From the IMG/VR virus record IMGVR_UViG_3300027822_000013, positions 1-58,423 of that record: 58,423 bases of DNA, one strand, 5' to 3'. Position 1 is the stretch's first letter. Every line of letters begins with the position of its first letter. Shown here in pieces: positions 20,019-28,199 of this stretch. The stretch is from a virus (taxonomy: Duplodnaviria; Caudoviricetes). The position numbers and the translations under genes are program-made. Below the pieces are notes generated by a model. It saw only the letters and a list, made by a program, of their open reading frames with translations, made no database searches and was not told where the DNA came from.

Positions 20019-20101
20019 ATCCTATGTGGTGTGTTTTGTGGGTTGTTGTAGCATTTTTCTTTGGTGTGATAATTGGGTATTCCATGAAAGGGTGGTGAGT
20101 T

Positions 20102-20350
20102 ATGGAGTGGTGGCTAGTATTTTGCTTTGGTTATTTCGGGGGTTATATTTGGAGGGGTTTTAGGGGAGGTCGTCAATTCTCGTATCGGGAGTATCGCCAG
20201 GTGGTGGACCTCGAATGTGAAATGAAGAGGGTTGATACACTTCTTGCCCAAAGGGAGAGGTTGGATGCGAGTGAGTTGGAACATCTTATGTGGAAAAAAG
20301 ATTATCTGGTGGGGGAAATCCTGGAGATTGTGGGAGGTAGGTTGGTGTGA
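20102..20350 (+). CDS. Small protein with N-terminal TM segment
   Basis: Hydrophobic N-terminus; continues the plus-strand operon. Confidence 0.5.
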   Translation: MEWWLVFCFGYFGGYIWRGFRGGRQFSYREYRQVVDLECEMKRVDTLLAQRERLDASELEHLMWKKDYLVGEILEIVGGRLV

Positions 20351-20684
20351 TGGGGGACTACAGGGAGAAGGGGTGAATTGCCAGGGAAGTTTGGTGTTTG
20401 AAAATGGTGTTTGGTGAATTTTTCAGTTTTGGTAGGTATTTGGTTGTTGCGAGTTCGTGGACCATCCCGACCCCACCATAGACCACTAGGGGGTCCCACC
20501 CACCATGGTCTAATCGGCCCTATACCCCACCCCTCGCCACCATAGACCAGCGAACCTAGCACCAATCAACCCTAACTCCATTCCTATATACCCCAGCTTA
20601 TACGCCCTTAGACCCCAGCTAATAGCAATTCAACCCCCCTCGCCACCAAATTTCCCCTCGTTCCGAAATCCCAAAAGGTAAGTC

Positions 20685-20953
20685 TTAACAAGACCTTAAG
20701 GAAATCTCGAATAGACCCCCATAGGTAGTAAACCCTTAACCTGGGTTAGGGAGCGTTAGGGGTTATTACCAGGAGGTTAAGGCGGGGGGAAACCCGCCCT
20801 ATATTAACCATACCTTAACAATTGAACCAAACAGGAAATAAATCCCCCCTATTAACCAGGGGTTAGGGTTTGTTCTGGGCTATCTAACCCCCCTAAAATA
20901 AAACGAAATTCATTCGTTACATTAAGCTGATATTAAGGAATATACTCTATTCT
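20685..20953. promoter_or_regulatory. Cluster of CtrA-like boxes ending in a plus-strand promoter
   Basis: TTAA-N7-TTAA at 20685, 20804 and 20922; variants at 20766 and 20852; -10 TATTCT at 20948. Confidence 0.7.
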
Positions 20954-21030
20954 TAGATTATAGAGAGTTCGGAATCACCCGGCGCTCGTTACCCCCAGGC
21001 CCCCGCGCTTGGACTTCTAAGGAGAGAATT

Positions 21031-21255
21031 ATGACTTTTACTATTGGAACCCCCGTCACCCTCGTTAACCGCGATACGGGAATTACCTGTAAATCCACCG
21101 TTAGTCGGGTAAGTTCTGACGGTTCCTTCACTACTACCTTTTCGGCTCGTAAATATTCCCCCGCTAAAATCTGGGACGGTAAAAGCGATATGGTCCTTGC
21201 CGGATTGGCGAAAAACGTAGATTTCCGCGCTATCCAGGTTTTCCCCGCCTCGTAA
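21031..21255 (+). CDS. Hypothetical early protein
   Basis: RBS AAGGAGAG, own promoter and terminator. Confidence 0.75.
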   Translation: MTFTIGTPVTLVNRDTGITCKSTVSRVSSDGSFTTTFSARKYSPAKIWDGKSDMVLAGLAKNVDFRAIQVFPAS

Positions 21256-21282
21256 AATCTACTTTAGAAACCCTCTAAACTT

Positions 21283-21323
21283 GACCTTTTTCAGTTTTTC
21301 CGAGCTGAAAAAGGTCTTTTTTT
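21283..21323 (+). terminator. Rho-independent terminator
   Basis: GACCTTTTTCAG/CTGAAAAAGGTC stem followed by T7. Confidence 0.8.
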
Positions 21324-21761
21324 GCGAAAATTCAGGGTAATTCGATAAAAGTCGAAATACGGGAGAGGCCACAGGCGTTGGCTTCTCAAAAAGTCAACCC
21401 CCCGAAAAACAGCTGCGAAATTCTTAACGTGTTTTTAACGTGGGTCTAAAATCTTGGCTGGGTATTGGGTCGGTCATGGTTGGTTTGGTGGGTAGGGAAG
21501 GGGGAAAAGTGGGCTAGCGTCAAGATTTTTCACAGAGGGAGGGTGAGTGGGCCGTTCACGTAAAATCTGGCTATTTTCCACACAATTCACCAGGAAAACT
21601 TGGGCAAATTGGCACCAAACTCCAATATCTTTACTTTCGTTGATTGGCTTTTCACCCAAACATATACACCCCCGTTGGGGCCACATTTATATATTCTCTT
21701 AATCCCTTAACTTAATTAATTATATATAAATATATACAAAAACCGCCCTAACCGTACCCCC

Positions 21762-21897
21762 TCTACTCTCTATTCTCCCTGAATTTTTCATTTACCCAAG
21801 TTGCTTAAGTAAATGCCGGAACCCCCACTCCCTAGACAATAGGACGTACACCCTTGATCCCATTTGCTTAAGTAACTGCCCAAGTTGCTTAAGTAAC
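21762..21897. repeat. Iteron-like locus 1 (putative replication origin)
   Basis: TCTACTCTCTATTCTCCC block, three TTGCTTAAGTAA copies, AT-rich tract at about 21686-21740. Confidence 0.55.
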
Positions 21898-22068
21898 TCC
21901 AGCTTTTCCAACCCCCACAAATACGCGCTTTTCTTTCTTCAGAGAAATCGTACCCCCTTTAACCCCCCTTTAACCCCCCTTCGTTCTAAAATCGCAAAAT
22001 CGGCAAAATCCTCACTTCTGGCAACCTGATACCCCCTTAAGAAATCGTTAAATCAGTCGAAAACACAC

Positions 22069-22095
22069 AAAAAAGCCGGGTTTCCCCGGCTTTTT
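22069..22095. terminator. Bidirectional terminator
   Basis: A-run, GCCGGG/CCCGGC stem, T-run. Confidence 0.8.
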
Positions 22096-22112
22096 CCTCC
22101 TATTTCCAATTA

Positions 22113-22274
22113 TTAAAGAGCAGTAAAACACTGGTCCAGATTATTTCCTATCACTTCTACCCTATACCCTGCCGCCAGCATCTGAGCTCTAACCAAAGGC
22201 AATGTCTTTTCCGATACCTGCTGAACCTGGATTATTCGGTCCTCATCCAAAACGATAAGTGTCTTATTGGGCAT
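22113..22274 (-). CDS. Small hypothetical protein (53 aa, MPNKTLIVLDEDR...)
   Basis: RBS AAGGAGAG, upstream CtrA-type promoter, downstream terminator; below the ORF-track cutoff. Confidence 0.7.
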   Translation of the reverse strand: MPNKTLIVLDEDRIIQVQQVSEKTLPLVRAQMLAAGYRVEVIGNNLDQCFTAL

Positions 22275-22324
22275 TTTGTCTCTCCTTATTAGAGAGACAA
22301 AACCCGCCTCCCTTTCTACTCTTT

Positions 22325-22416
22325 ATAGTACCTAAAAACCATTAACCCTAAGTTACTGAAACTAAATAATAAATCCCTCCCTCTTTAACCCAGTTTTAAC
22401 TCTTTTCCCGTATTCT
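22325..22416. promoter_or_regulatory. Divergent pair of CtrA-box promoters
   Basis: Minus: GTAA-N7-TTAA-N11-TACTAT (22356-22325). Plus: TTAACCCAGTTTTAAC with TATTCT (22385-22416). Confidence 0.75.
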
Positions 22417-22462
22417 CTTATTATAGGGCGGGACTTCCCCGACCCAAACCAAGGAGAGAGAC

Positions 22463-22588
22463 TTGAGCTTCACACAAAAAGCCATCCACATGCACCAAAT
22501 CGCGGTTATCGAGGCCAGAAGAGCCGGACAATATAGCGCGGTTTGGTACCACATTGAACAGATCGAAAAATTGGAGAAACAGCTATGA
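22463..22588 (+). CDS. Small hypothetical early protein (41 aa, TTG start)
   Basis: RBS AAGGAGAG; ATGA overlap with the next gene. Confidence 0.55.
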   Translation: MSFTQKAIHMHQIAVIEARRAGQYSAVWYHIEQIEKLEKQL

Positions 22589-22791
22589 ACGACCATCAAA
22601 TCCACACATTCACCAAAACGCCAGTACGGTTCTTTATTCTTGACGAAAATCTCGAAATCCAACAGAGCCCAGAACACGAGTTCCAGGCCGCAATCAACAC
22701 AGGAGACTACACAATCTCATACGAGCGACACACGGTCAGAGAAAACGGTGTATCACAAATCTGCTTAACCGCCACCCCAAAGTGGATATAG
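22585..22791 (+). CDS. Hypothetical early protein
   Basis: ORF in early operon, GGAG RBS. Confidence 0.65.
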   Translation: MNDHQIHTFTKTPVRFFILDENLEIQQSPEHEFQAAINTGDYTISYERHTVRENGVSQICLTATPKWI

Positions 22792-22883
22792 ACTGGTATA
22801 GCTCCCTTTGACGAAGTCATCGGGAGCTATAGGACCCAGGAACCTCACAACGAGGTCACCACAAACGAATAGGAGAGAGAACT
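22792..22883 (+). repeat. Structured intergenic element, type A copy 1
   Basis: Near-identical to 23736-23824; TATAGCTCCC/GGGAGCTATA stem plus CCTC/GAGG hairpin. Confidence 0.85.
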
Positions 22884-23318
22884 ATGAACAGAGCACTTCC
22901 AGTATCCCAGGTGATGAACTACCTGGTTGAAATCCGCAGCAAGATGAGTTGCCAGAATACGGGATCAGTCCACAGCATGAAGCACGCTAGTTTCAACCAC
23001 AGTAAGAACATGACGGACATAATAGAGGCCAGCGCAGCAGCATCCATCGCTGAAGAACTCTATAAAGAGGTCCAAGTATCAACCAAAACTTATATGAGGG
23101 TCAAGAAGGTAGGGAACGAGCGTCACAACGTAACCTTCATTGATTCCAATGTCGTTAAGGATTTGGTTGTTAAGCTCCTATTGAAATACACAGCCAGGGC
23201 TAAATCACTCTCCTTCACAATCGAAGGACTACAACATCAAGCAGAATTAAACAACCTGACCAAATTTCTCAACTCAACCATGCAAGGCACCTACAGCTTT
23301 GAGGACATGATCAAATAA
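22884..23318 (+). CDS. Hypothetical early protein
   Basis: Strong RBS; flanked by repeat elements. Confidence 0.75.
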   Translation: MNRALPVSQVMNYLVEIRSKMSCQNTGSVHSMKHASFNHSKNMTDIIEASAAASIAEELYKEVQVSTKTYMRVKKVGNERHNVTFIDSNVVKDLVVKLLLKYTARAKSLSFTIEGLQHQAELNNLTKFLNSTMQGTYSFEDMIK

Positions 23319-23428
23319 TCCCCCACCCCCAAAACCAGATGCAACTCAACCTTCCCGGCCACTCGCCAAGGGGAGGTTGAGGCAGTAGAAAGGCCGCAAT
23401 TTCGCGGCCTTCAATCAGGAGAGAAACT
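23316..23428 (+). repeat. Structured intergenic element, type B copy 1
   Basis: TAATCCCC...CCAGATGCAAC head, CTCAACCT/AGGTTGAG stem, AAGGCCGC/GCGGCCTT hairpin; similar to 25158-25267. Confidence 0.85.
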
Positions 23429-23707
23429 ATGACCAGATATTTCGTCATGCCGGCCATCACGGACCCTATCGAAGGCACCAAGCTTCGTTACCTCACAGAA
23501 ACCCAGGCAAACAACGAGGAATTTCAAACCAAATTAGCTGATGAGGAATACGCTTCAATCGCTTGGTTTGACGAAGAAGGTGCAGCCCACCACCCAGGTA
23601 TAGGGGGTCAACTAATTACCATCCAACCTATTGATTTGGGCTACATTGACCCCGACATCCCCACGGCAATCGCCCTCCACGCTGTGGTGAAGTATGTCTT
23701 CACCTAA
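23429..23707 (+). CDS. Hypothetical early protein
   Basis: Strong RBS; flanked by repeat elements. Confidence 0.75.
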   Translation: MTRYFVMPAITDPIEGTKLRYLTETQANNEEFQTKLADEEYASIAWFDEEGAAHHPGIGGQLITIQPIDLGYIDPDIPTAIALHAVVKYVFT

Positions 23708-23824
23708 TAATCCCCTACCCTTAATACCAGATGCAACTGGTATAGCTCCCTTTGACGAAGTCATCGGGAGCTATAGGACCCAGGAACCTCCTAACGAGGC
23801 ATCCACAAACCAAAGGAGAGAGAC
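23708..23824 (+). repeat. Structured intergenic element, type A copy 2
   Basis: Shared head plus about 55 nt identical to copy 1. Confidence 0.85.
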
Positions 23825-24202
23825 ATGAAGAACTTTAACACCCAAGCCGCATTGATTAACCTCACCACCCTGCTTAGAGAGGCCACAGGGATGACCCTAG
23901 TGCTCAAGCTTGAACAGACTACCACTCGAAATGGTAAACCCACCTTAGAAATCACGTCTGAGGACCTTGCTGACCGCCAGGTGCCTCGAATGTTTGAAGA
24001 GCTTAGAGTCATCAACACCCACATAGACCTAGTTGAGGACCCCAAACACGGTAAGGTCTGGGCAATTCCTCTTCACTACCGATACCAACATTTTAGGGGT
24101 GGATCCAACGGCAGCGAGATCACCACAGCCTGGGTCAACGAGAAAGGTGAGATTGTTGGTTGTTACTGCCCCATGAACCCCAAGCTAGACATAAACTCAT
24201 AA
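23825..24202 (+). CDS. Hypothetical early protein
   Basis: Strong RBS; YRYQHFRGGSNG motif seen in small phage proteins. Confidence 0.75.
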   Translation: MKNFNTQAALINLTTLLREATGMTLVLKLEQTTTRNGKPTLEITSEDLADRQVPRMFEELRVINTHIDLVEDPKHGKVWAIPLHYRYQHFRGGSNGSEITTAWVNEKGEIVGCYCPMNPKLDINS

Positions 24203-24206
24203 GACA

Positions 24207-24292
24207 AAAGGGGAAGGGGGTGTGTCCCCCTTCCCCTTATTTTTATTGACCACACGAAAAAGGCTGGGGGAAATTCATCCCCCAGCCTTTCT
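24207..24292. terminator. Two terminator hairpins between convergent genes
   Basis: AAGGGGAAGGGG/CCCCTTCCCCTT followed by a T-rich run; AAAAGGCTGGGG/CCCCAGCCTTTT. Confidence 0.8.
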
Positions 24293-24310
24293 TCTATTTA
24301 CCAATTTGAG

Positions 24311-24745
24311 TCAACGAGCTGGTTTCCCCTCTTTCTTTTTCGCTTCGGAAACAGCCTTGCCCCAAAACTTCAGGTCACTCCCCCCAATTCCCCTTGAGGG
24401 GTGAGCGATGTCGTACCACTTCTGAAACATAATCTGCCCCATGAGATTAGAAATTTGAGAAGTCGATCTGCCGACTACATCACAGGGTCTTACTTCCTCT
24501 TGGGCAATCTCACGGATCAGTTTGACTGTCCATACAGTACCTCCTTTTTGGACCCAACCTCTATACCTGTTAAGGATTTCGAGGGTGGCAGCGTTCTTCA
24601 GACTGTTATCAGCCCAACCTAATGCATGAGCAGGGTCGTTTTGTTGAAGTTTCTCGATAAAGTCCTGGTGTTCTTTTTCTGCGTATTCAATCAGAAAATC
24701 TAGCTCTTCTAACAGGTCTTTTTCGTCCAGTTCTAATTCATCCAT
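24311..24745 (-). CDS. Hypothetical early protein
   Basis: RBS AAGGAGAG before ATG 24745; own CtrA-type promoter. Confidence 0.75.
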   Translation of the reverse strand: MDELELDEKDLLEELDFLIEYAEKEHQDFIEKLQQNDPAHALGWADNSLKNAATLEILNRYRGWVQKGGTVWTVKLIREIAQEEVRPCDVVGRSTSQISNLMGQIMFQKWYDIAHPSRGIGGSDLKFWGKAVSEAKKKEGKPAR

Positions 24746-24794
24746 AATTTCTCTCCTTAGATAGCCCAGGGACAATCCCCGGCCTTATTCCTCT

Positions 24795-24886
24795 ATATTA
24801 CCTAAAAACCATTAAAACTAAGTTACTGAAATTAAATAATAAAAGTTATTTTCATTTACCTGATGTTAATCCTTTTGCCGTACTAT
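24795..24886. promoter_or_regulatory. Second divergent pair of CtrA-box promoters (paralogous to 22325-22416)
   Basis: Minus: GTAA-N7-TTAA-N11-TAATAT. Plus: TTTA-N7-TTAA-N11-TACTAT. About 50 nt nearly identical to 22329-22375. Confidence 0.75.
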
Positions 24887-24932
24887 AGAGGAATAAGAAG
24901 GCAATCACGCTTTCTACACAAGGAGAGAAACT

Positions 24933-25160
24933 ATGAGTAGATACGAAGTTCACGTTATGGATTTTGATAGCGGGTCGGGTTCTATTGGACCAGAGGTGGT
25001 GATCAAAAACCTCTCCCTGGTAAAGGCTCGCAAGATTTGTACCCGTGCGGCAAGGCGGGGATTCAACCTCTATGGGGGCAAAATCACCACAGAAAATTGG
25101 GGTGCTACGGGAGGTACACGTGGTGAACGATACCGTATGGCTGCTATCAGAATGAATTAA
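24933..25160 (+). CDS. Hypothetical early protein
   Basis: RBS AAGGAGAG. Confidence 0.7.
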   Translation: MSRYEVHVMDFDSGSGSIGPEVVIKNLSLVKARKICTRAARRGFNLYGGKITTENWGATGGTRGERYRMAAIRMN

Positions 25161-25267
25161 TCCCCCACCCTCAAAAACAGATGCAACACACCTCCCCCGC
25201 TTTTGCGTAGGGAGGTTGAGGTAGTAGAAAGGCCGCAATTTCGCGTCCTTCATTAAGGAGAGAGACT
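25158..25267 (+). repeat. Structured intergenic element, type B copy 2
   Basis: Same head and hairpins as 23316-23428 with a changed inner stem-loop. Confidence 0.85.
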
Positions 25268-25678
25268 ATGAAAGACAAGTTTGAAGTAGGGGATCGGGTT
25301 GCCCGGTTCAGTTCATCACGTAACTACCCTCGGCGTCCAGGTGAATTCACTGAAGACCGGATTGCCAAAATCTACAAGACGGGTAAAATCATCTTGGAAA
25401 GCGACCCTAAGAAGCAATATGCGCCCTATAATTATTCCAACCGGATCGCAGCCAGACAGACCAAGGATGAGTATCATTCATCGGGTTTCTATCTTTGGGG
25501 TGAGGAAATAGATAAAGAGATCAGTGATACAGCTGCTAAAAGTGACCGCCAAACTCGATACCTAAAGATCAAGGAAAAAATCGTCAATATAGACAAATAC
25601 AGCAGCCGTTGGGATATTGACGAAGAATTGCTTCAGGGCCTTGAAGCTTTGTTTACTGAGAAAGGAGAAAAATCATGA
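25268..25678 (+). CDS. Hypothetical early protein (SH3/beta-barrel-like N-terminus)
   Basis: FEVGDRV...IAKIYKTGKI pattern; RBS. Confidence 0.7.
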   Translation: MKDKFEVGDRVARFSSSRNYPRRPGEFTEDRIAKIYKTGKIILESDPKKQYAPYNYSNRIAARQTKDEYHSSGFYLWGEEIDKEISDTAAKSDRQTRYLKIKEKIVNIDKYSSRWDIDEELLQGLEALFTEKGEKS

Positions 25679-25857
25679 TTGTAAGACGCCATACCGAACC
25701 GAACTGGAGGAAGTTCAAGGAAAGTAACGAATATGCTGATGACGCCCTCTTTTGGTGGTTGTGTGCCCAAATCGCTGTGACCCCAGCCTCAAGGGAAATT
25801 GCCCTCAAGCGATGTGAGACCCAGTTTACATTTGCGATAGACACCCTTTGGGCCTAA
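25675..25857 (+). CDS. Hypothetical early protein
   Basis: ATGA overlap, AAGGAG RBS. Confidence 0.65.
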   Translation: MIVRRHTEPNWRKFKESNEYADDALFWWLCAQIAVTPASREIALKRCETQFTFAIDTLWA

Positions 25858-25974
25858 TCCCCAGAAAGGAAAACCAGATGCAACTCCTATAGCGCCCTTG
25901 GAACCTTTCCAAGTGGCGCTATAGGACCCAGGAGCCTCACAACGAGGTCACCAGAAACTAATAGGAGAGAAAAT
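25855..25974 (+). repeat. Structured intergenic element, type A copy 3 (diverged)
   Basis: CCTATAGCGCC/GGCGCTATAGG stem with a compensatory change; GGACCCAGGA linker retained. Confidence 0.85.
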
Positions 25975-26271
25975 ATGAACCTAGAGCGATTCAACCGATA
26001 CTTATTGGAGCTTGACCACCGTGTCGGGTGTCCTAAATCACATCAATTTCAGTACCTGGTGAAGCAGGTCGATACCACCACTTTCACCTTTGTATTTGAT
26101 GGTTTAGTTTGCTGTGCTATTCGTTTCAACGATGACGGGTCCGTTGACGAGAACCAAGATGTTGACCCCTCTAAACCCATCACCGAATATCACAAACATT
26201 TTGCTTCACATCGAGAATGGATCGAAAATGTATGTGAAGAACTAGCCTTGCCCATAGAGTGTAGAAGATAA
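25975..26271 (+). CDS. Hypothetical early protein
   Basis: RBS AGGAGAG. Confidence 0.7.
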   Translation: MNLERFNRYLLELDHRVGCPKSHQFQYLVKQVDTTTFTFVFDGLVCCAIRFNDDGSVDENQDVDPSKPITEYHKHFASHREWIENVCEELALPIECRR

Positions 26272-26355
26272 CACAACACCACAAAAACTCAACTCCCCCT
26301 TCACCAGTAGAACGCTGGAGGGGGTTTTTCTATAATCCCCAGAAAGGAAAACCAG

Positions 26356-26700
26356 ATGCAACTCAACCAAATGAACCCCCACATCATCAACGATATGCTC
26401 AGGGATAGTCACCAATGGGTGACCCTTGGACACCTGGAACGAACTTGGGGGATGGTGAAACACAAATATCCCATGCTAGATGATGAAAACTATCACGAAT
26501 GGGTCCTAGAGTTGACCAAGCACCCGTCTGGCCTCCCTGATGACCTTAGACAGACTATCGTACAACTCTTGGGTAAGGGGGTGGTGTTCCGCTATAAGGA
26601 CAACCAAATTGAGGCGAAACATCCCAATTATTACTTCATCAACAATATCCAAGTGGATAAGGATGTCTATGTAAATGCCCAGGAAATATTGAACTGGTAA
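26356..26700 (+). CDS. Hypothetical early protein starting within the repeat head motif
   Basis: AAAGGA RBS; its ATG is the one in CCAGATGCAAC. Confidence 0.65.
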   Translation: MQLNQMNPHIINDMLRDSHQWVTLGHLERTWGMVKHKYPMLDDENYHEWVLELTKHPSGLPDDLRQTIVQLLGKGVVFRYKDNQIEAKHPNYYFINNIQVDKDVYVNAQEILNW

Positions 26701-26985
26701 CTATTTGAGTTTTCTCTCAAACCGACAGGAATAAGCTATATCACCTCCTTTGCGGGGGTGGGCCTTTTCACATTGCCGTTCAAAGGCGGCTATGATTCTA
26801 GCATCCCCGTCCCTATCCCCAATCCTTTGGGCTGCTACAATCAAGGTCATCCCGATCATTACCCCAACCAAAAACTTGTACATCGTTCCCACCTCCATCA
26901 CACATAAAAACAGTCCCTGGGGCGGCGTACATTCCCCAGGGACTGTTCGGGTACTGCTGGGCAAGGGTAGTTGGGTGCCCAGCAA
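26701..26985 (-). CDS. Small membrane-anchored protein (start probably internal, MYKFLVG)
   Basis: Hydrophobic segment followed by a Cys pair; GGAGG upstream of the internal ATG. Confidence 0.5.
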   Translation of the reverse strand: MLGTQLPLPSSTRTVPGECTPPQGLFLCVMEVGTMYKFLVGVMIGMTLIVAAQRIGDRDGDARIIAAFERQCEKAHPRKGGDIAYSCRFERKLK

Positions 26986-27513
26986 TCAGTCAACGTCTGC
27001 CCCGTTATCCTCAATCCATTCTTCCATGGAGCCTTCACCAGAAGGAACAACCAACACCCCTGTATTGACGTTAACCTGGGTAGCGTTACCATCAGTACGG
27101 TAGGCAGGGTCATGTTTCTTCAAAGCAGCCAGCAAAAGAGTATCGCTGTAGGTGGTTTTGGTACCTACTTTCTTACCACCAAAGAAGATGTCTTCATCCA
27201 CCCCCTGTAGTGCCCGGCGAAACAATTCTTGTTCCAACACAGTGTCCGTGAATATTTGAACAGCCATCACACAGGCTTCATCAAATTCCCCGTTGATTTT
27301 TCGGGTATTCTTTATCATCCACATACTAACACCACACAATACAGCAGCTGTGGTTTCGTTGCCGTACCGGGCTACAGTACGCACAAACTCATCTTGACGT
27401 TGCTTAGTGAATTTCCTCCCAGATGCGCCGGCAGGAACCGTATGACCTACAACAGTCACATACCCATCGGGAGGGGGTTGGCCCTCTTCAAGCTCAATTT
27501 CACGATCAAACAT
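26986..27513 (-). CDS. terS: Terminase small subunit
   Basis: HTH-like N-terminal half, LEQELFRRALQG, YSDTLLLAALK..P..Y and GVLVVP...EEW motifs typical of TerS. Confidence 0.8.
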   Translation of the reverse strand: MFDREIELEEGQPPPDGYVTVVGHTVPAGASGRKFTKQRQDEFVRTVARYGNETTAAVLCGVSMWMIKNTRKINGEFDEACVMAVQIFTDTVLEQELFRRALQGVDEDIFFGGKKVGTKTTYSDTLLLAALKKHDPAYRTDGNATQVNVNTGVLVVPSGEGSMEEWIEDNGADVD

Positions 27514-27516
27514 TCA

Positions 27517-27840
27517 TCACCTGAAACTTAAAACATACACCATACCTGCTACGGCCCACCATCGGGTGGGTTCAAGCAGATTAGGGGATTTCCAATCTTG
27601 GATGATTTCCAAAATCAGCCGTATAACCATCACAGCTATTACTAAGTGTAGCAGAAACAAGGGGAGCCCAGGCAAACCCCCAATCACCTGATCAATCAAT
27701 TTACTTAAGTCAATTCTCATCTGTACCAACTCCCCATTTATTCTCATATACCCTATACCCCCAGAAAGTAAAACTGCGATAGCCAGAAGCCGGGACTGGT
27801 GCCCCGGCTTCTGTTTTACTCTACACCACCAGATTAGCAA
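27517..27840 (-). CDS. Small membrane protein
   Basis: Hydrophobic segments; start uncertain. Confidence 0.45.
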   Translation of the reverse strand: MLIWWCRVKQKPGHQSRLLAIAVLLSGGIGYMRINGELVQMRIDLSKLIDQVIGGLPGLPLFLLHLVIAVMVIRLILEIIQDWKSPNLLEPTRWWAVAGMVYVLSFR

Positions 27841-28199
27841 GCCATAGGGAGCTTACTACTATCAAAGTCAAGGCGATAAAATCGCCCCAGTGTTGACGGG
27901 TCATATTCTTTCCTTTGTATTGGTGGCCCGCCTCTTAGATATAAGCGTTATTTACGTCTTAAAAAAGTATCGGTGTGGATCCAGATACCTAAACCCAGTG
28001 TAAAGGACATAAACACAGCATACCACGTGGCGAATACCATGATTGGTGCCAACATAATAATTGCCACTCCTAAACGATGCAACCACTTAACCATTCCAGT
28101 GTTTCCTTATACGTTTTCCAACCCATACACTAGCGTCCATAATCAAATCGAACACCAAAAAGACTATAAAAAGACCCCCCACAGCAAGTACAGTATTCG

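Noticed and set aside
20302-22100. ORFs 20302..20565 and 21474..21686 in the non-coding region
   Set aside because: Low-complexity translations, no evident RBS, and overlap with repeat or regulatory motifs.
22805-22820. Hammerhead ribozyme core (TTGACGA resembles CUGANGA)
   Set aside because: The motif is absent from copy A3 and both B copies, and no correctly placed GAAA or three-stem junction was found.
22792-26368. CRISPR array or integron attC array
   Set aside because: Repeats are about 100 nt, of two types and separated by whole genes; no cas or integrase gene and no attC core sites were recognised.
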